64,000 nucleotides of DNA from an uncultured Gemmatimonadales bacterium. Its GTDB lineage: Bacteria; Gemmatimonadota; Gemmatimonadetes; Gemmatimonadales; Gemmatimonadaceae. The stretch's first letter is position 1; each line of letters begins with the position of its first letter. Shown here piece after piece: positions 62,238 to 64,000 of this stretch. The stretch covers positions 1-64,000 of the forward strand of contig OY969695.1 in NCBI GenBank assembly GCA_963701965.1, read 5' to 3'. A program made the translations under genes and the position numbers. Below the pieces are notes generated by a model. That model saw only the letters and a program-made list of their open reading frames with translations, was not told the DNA's origin and ran no database searches.

Positions 62238-62632
62238 GCGCCCTCGGGCAACTCCATCGGGCCACGGTATTCCGCCGGACCGCGCAACGGCGCGTGGCGG
62301 GTCGGACGCCGCCGGGCGTCGGTTTCGAACTCGATCTGCAGGCATGAGCACGGCGAGGCCGCGCCGACGCGAACCGGCCGGTCGAACGCATGCACCTTGC
62401 CGCACGAAACGCAGCGCCAGGTGAAGCTGCGGGTCGCGAACGCGGCCCGCTGCGCCGGAGTCATCACCAGGCCCGGCTCGCCGAAGAGGGTGTCGATCGT
62501 GAACGCCTGGGTCTGGCGCGAGCGCAACTGCGATGAGTCGGGATTGCGCCTGTGCCCAGCCGCGCGCATGCGAAACAACCAGAAAAGACTGGCTCGCGAC
62601 GCTGCGAACATGGCCGTGACGATCGATCCCAT
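62234..62632 (-). CDS. Hypothetical protein with CxxC/CxC
   Basis: GGAGG RBS before the ATG, plus CVSC and CSC. Confidence 0.35.
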   Translation of the reverse strand: MGSIVTAMFAASRASLFWLFRMRAAGHRRNPDSSQLRSRQTQAFTIDTLFGEPGLVMTPAQRAAFATRSFTWRCVSCGKVHAFDRPVRVGAASPCSCLQIEFETDARRRPTRHAPLRGPAEYRGPMELPEGA

Positions 62633-62917
62633 CGTTGTCCTCCCGTGGCCCGAACGATAAAGCCAACGTCCGTTTTTGCGCCGCCGCCGGTCTCCCCATC
62701 CCCGCGATCAAGGGGGCGCGCGGGTCCCGCGATGCCGGGCACGTCGCAGCCCGGAGAGGCCTGTCCGGCACCATGCGGCGAGGCCGTCGAGAACGGCTCG
62801 CACCGAGCGGCGACGCCTGCCGCGGCGCGCGGCCGCGTCGTCCGCGGTGTACACGCCGGGGACGGTCTCGGCGAACGCCGCGGGTCGCCAGCCTGTGCCG
62901 TTCATCTCGATCCGGAC

Positions 62918-63130
62918 CTATTCCGTCACTTCGAAAGGCCAAGTCAGCAGGACGGCGTCTGCTGCGGCAATCGGATTCCAGTGCCCGCGCATGACGTGAA
63001 CCGCCCGCGCCAAGTCGAGCAGCTGCGCCTGCGACGCCGGGGCCTCGCGGTAGATCAGATAGGCGTAGAACGAGTACTCCCAAGTGCAACGGTCGGTCGC
63101 CGCCCGGGATTCGCTTTGCTTGTTGGCCAT
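62918..63130 (-). CDS. Small hypothetical protein
   Basis: Protein-like composition starting MANKQ. Confidence 0.35.
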   Translation of the reverse strand: MANKQSESRAATDRCTWEYSFYAYLIYREAPASQAQLLDLARAVHVMRGHWNPIAAADAVLLTWPFEVTE

Positions 63131-63265
63131 GGCCGGCCAAGGCAAGGTCCATACCGGCGCCAATGTGACGAATTGCGCACTCGGGTAGGGCCGGACGGTA
63201 AAAGACGGATTGCTTGGCGACGACTTCGCCATGCGTTATGCTGCACCGCAACATCGAGGTTTCTA

Positions 63266-63469
63266 ATGGATCGGCGCGAGGCATACGGCTTGCATTTGAG
63301 ACTCCAGCAGGAGTTGATCCAGGCCTACACGGAACGGACCTGTGCCCCGGGGCACATCGAGCGATTGATGGACGACCTCGCGTCCATTCGCCGATTCGTC
63401 GAGAACGCCCCGCCACTGCGTGACGAGCAGACGAACGATCCCCTGGTTCCGGGGATGCTCGACGAATAG
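63266..63469 (+). CDS. Small hypothetical protein
   Basis: GAGG RBS, ATG and 67 codons. Confidence 0.45.
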   Translation: MDRREAYGLHLRLQQELIQAYTERTCAPGHIERLMDDLASIRRFVENAPPLRDEQTNDPLVPGMLDE

Positions 63470-63659
63470 CGGTCGTGCTGAACGCGAGGTTCGCAAGTCG
63501 ATCGGTTACGTGGTCGAAGCTCCGACTCGGCGGTCTTGACTGGGCGATCCCGAATGTCGCCGTCAAATGCCATCAATTCCGTGACTGCCGTGAACATGGC
63601 CCGGCTGCCGTCGATCAGCCAAGTGTCGGGCGGGTTCAGGGTGACCTGGGCGCAGTCCT

Positions 63660-64000
63660 CCGCCGAGGCCAGGACGGTGGTACTGGGCACGGGTGTGAGC
63701 GACATCGAGCCGAACGTGCCTCATCTGGCCGAGGCGTTGCGTGACGGCGCGCTCAGGTACTGCCCCGTATGCGACGCCTTTGAAGTGACGGGGCAAAGAG
63801 TGGGGTGCTGGTCGGCGGCATTGCCGGCATCCACGAAGCGATCTGTCTTCGGCGTTACACCGACCGGGTGACGATGTTCAGGATGGGTCGCGATCCCCTC
63901 CCGCGGATGAGCGGAAGAGTGCGGAGAATGCGGGAGTCGCGCTCGCGCCCGGAACGTTCAAAAGCGTTCGCGTCTGGGACGGTCGCGTCACGGTCGAGCA
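63660..64000 (+). pseudogene. Thioredoxin-reductase-like flavoprotein fragment
   Basis: ARTVVLGTGVSD...LRYCPVCDAFE. No N-terminal FAD motif is visible and the frame breaks after about 63805. Confidence 0.6.

Overview
This window is GC-rich DNA that looks betaproteobacterial (Burkholderiales-like; inferred from gene content only). The right part (~49.7-62 kb) is ordinary chromosome: a TonB receptor, apaH, a CorC/HlyC protein, pcaB, a pcaC-pcaD fusion, a molybdopterin oxidoreductase and a PEP-CTERM protein, most broken by single-base indels that are probably assembly errors. tRNA-Ser(TGA) at 49605-49694 has a P4-type integrase beside its 3' end, and a mosaic accessory region extends leftward from it. 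That region holds (i) an amino-acid-permease-HAMP-GGDEF-EAL fusion, (ii) an IS30 element with intact ends, (iii) a 21-kb LysR-controlled lactam/opine/D-amino-acid catabolic cluster with three matching promoters, and (iv) a 12.5-kb segment between 748-bp direct repeats carrying Dps, a serine hydrolase, a halohydrin dehalogenase, a GST, a TIR-STAND-WD40 protein and a ricin-repeat protein. A degenerate 15-bp motif recurs at many module junctions. All calls come from reading the sequence and motifs by eye; no database searches were run.
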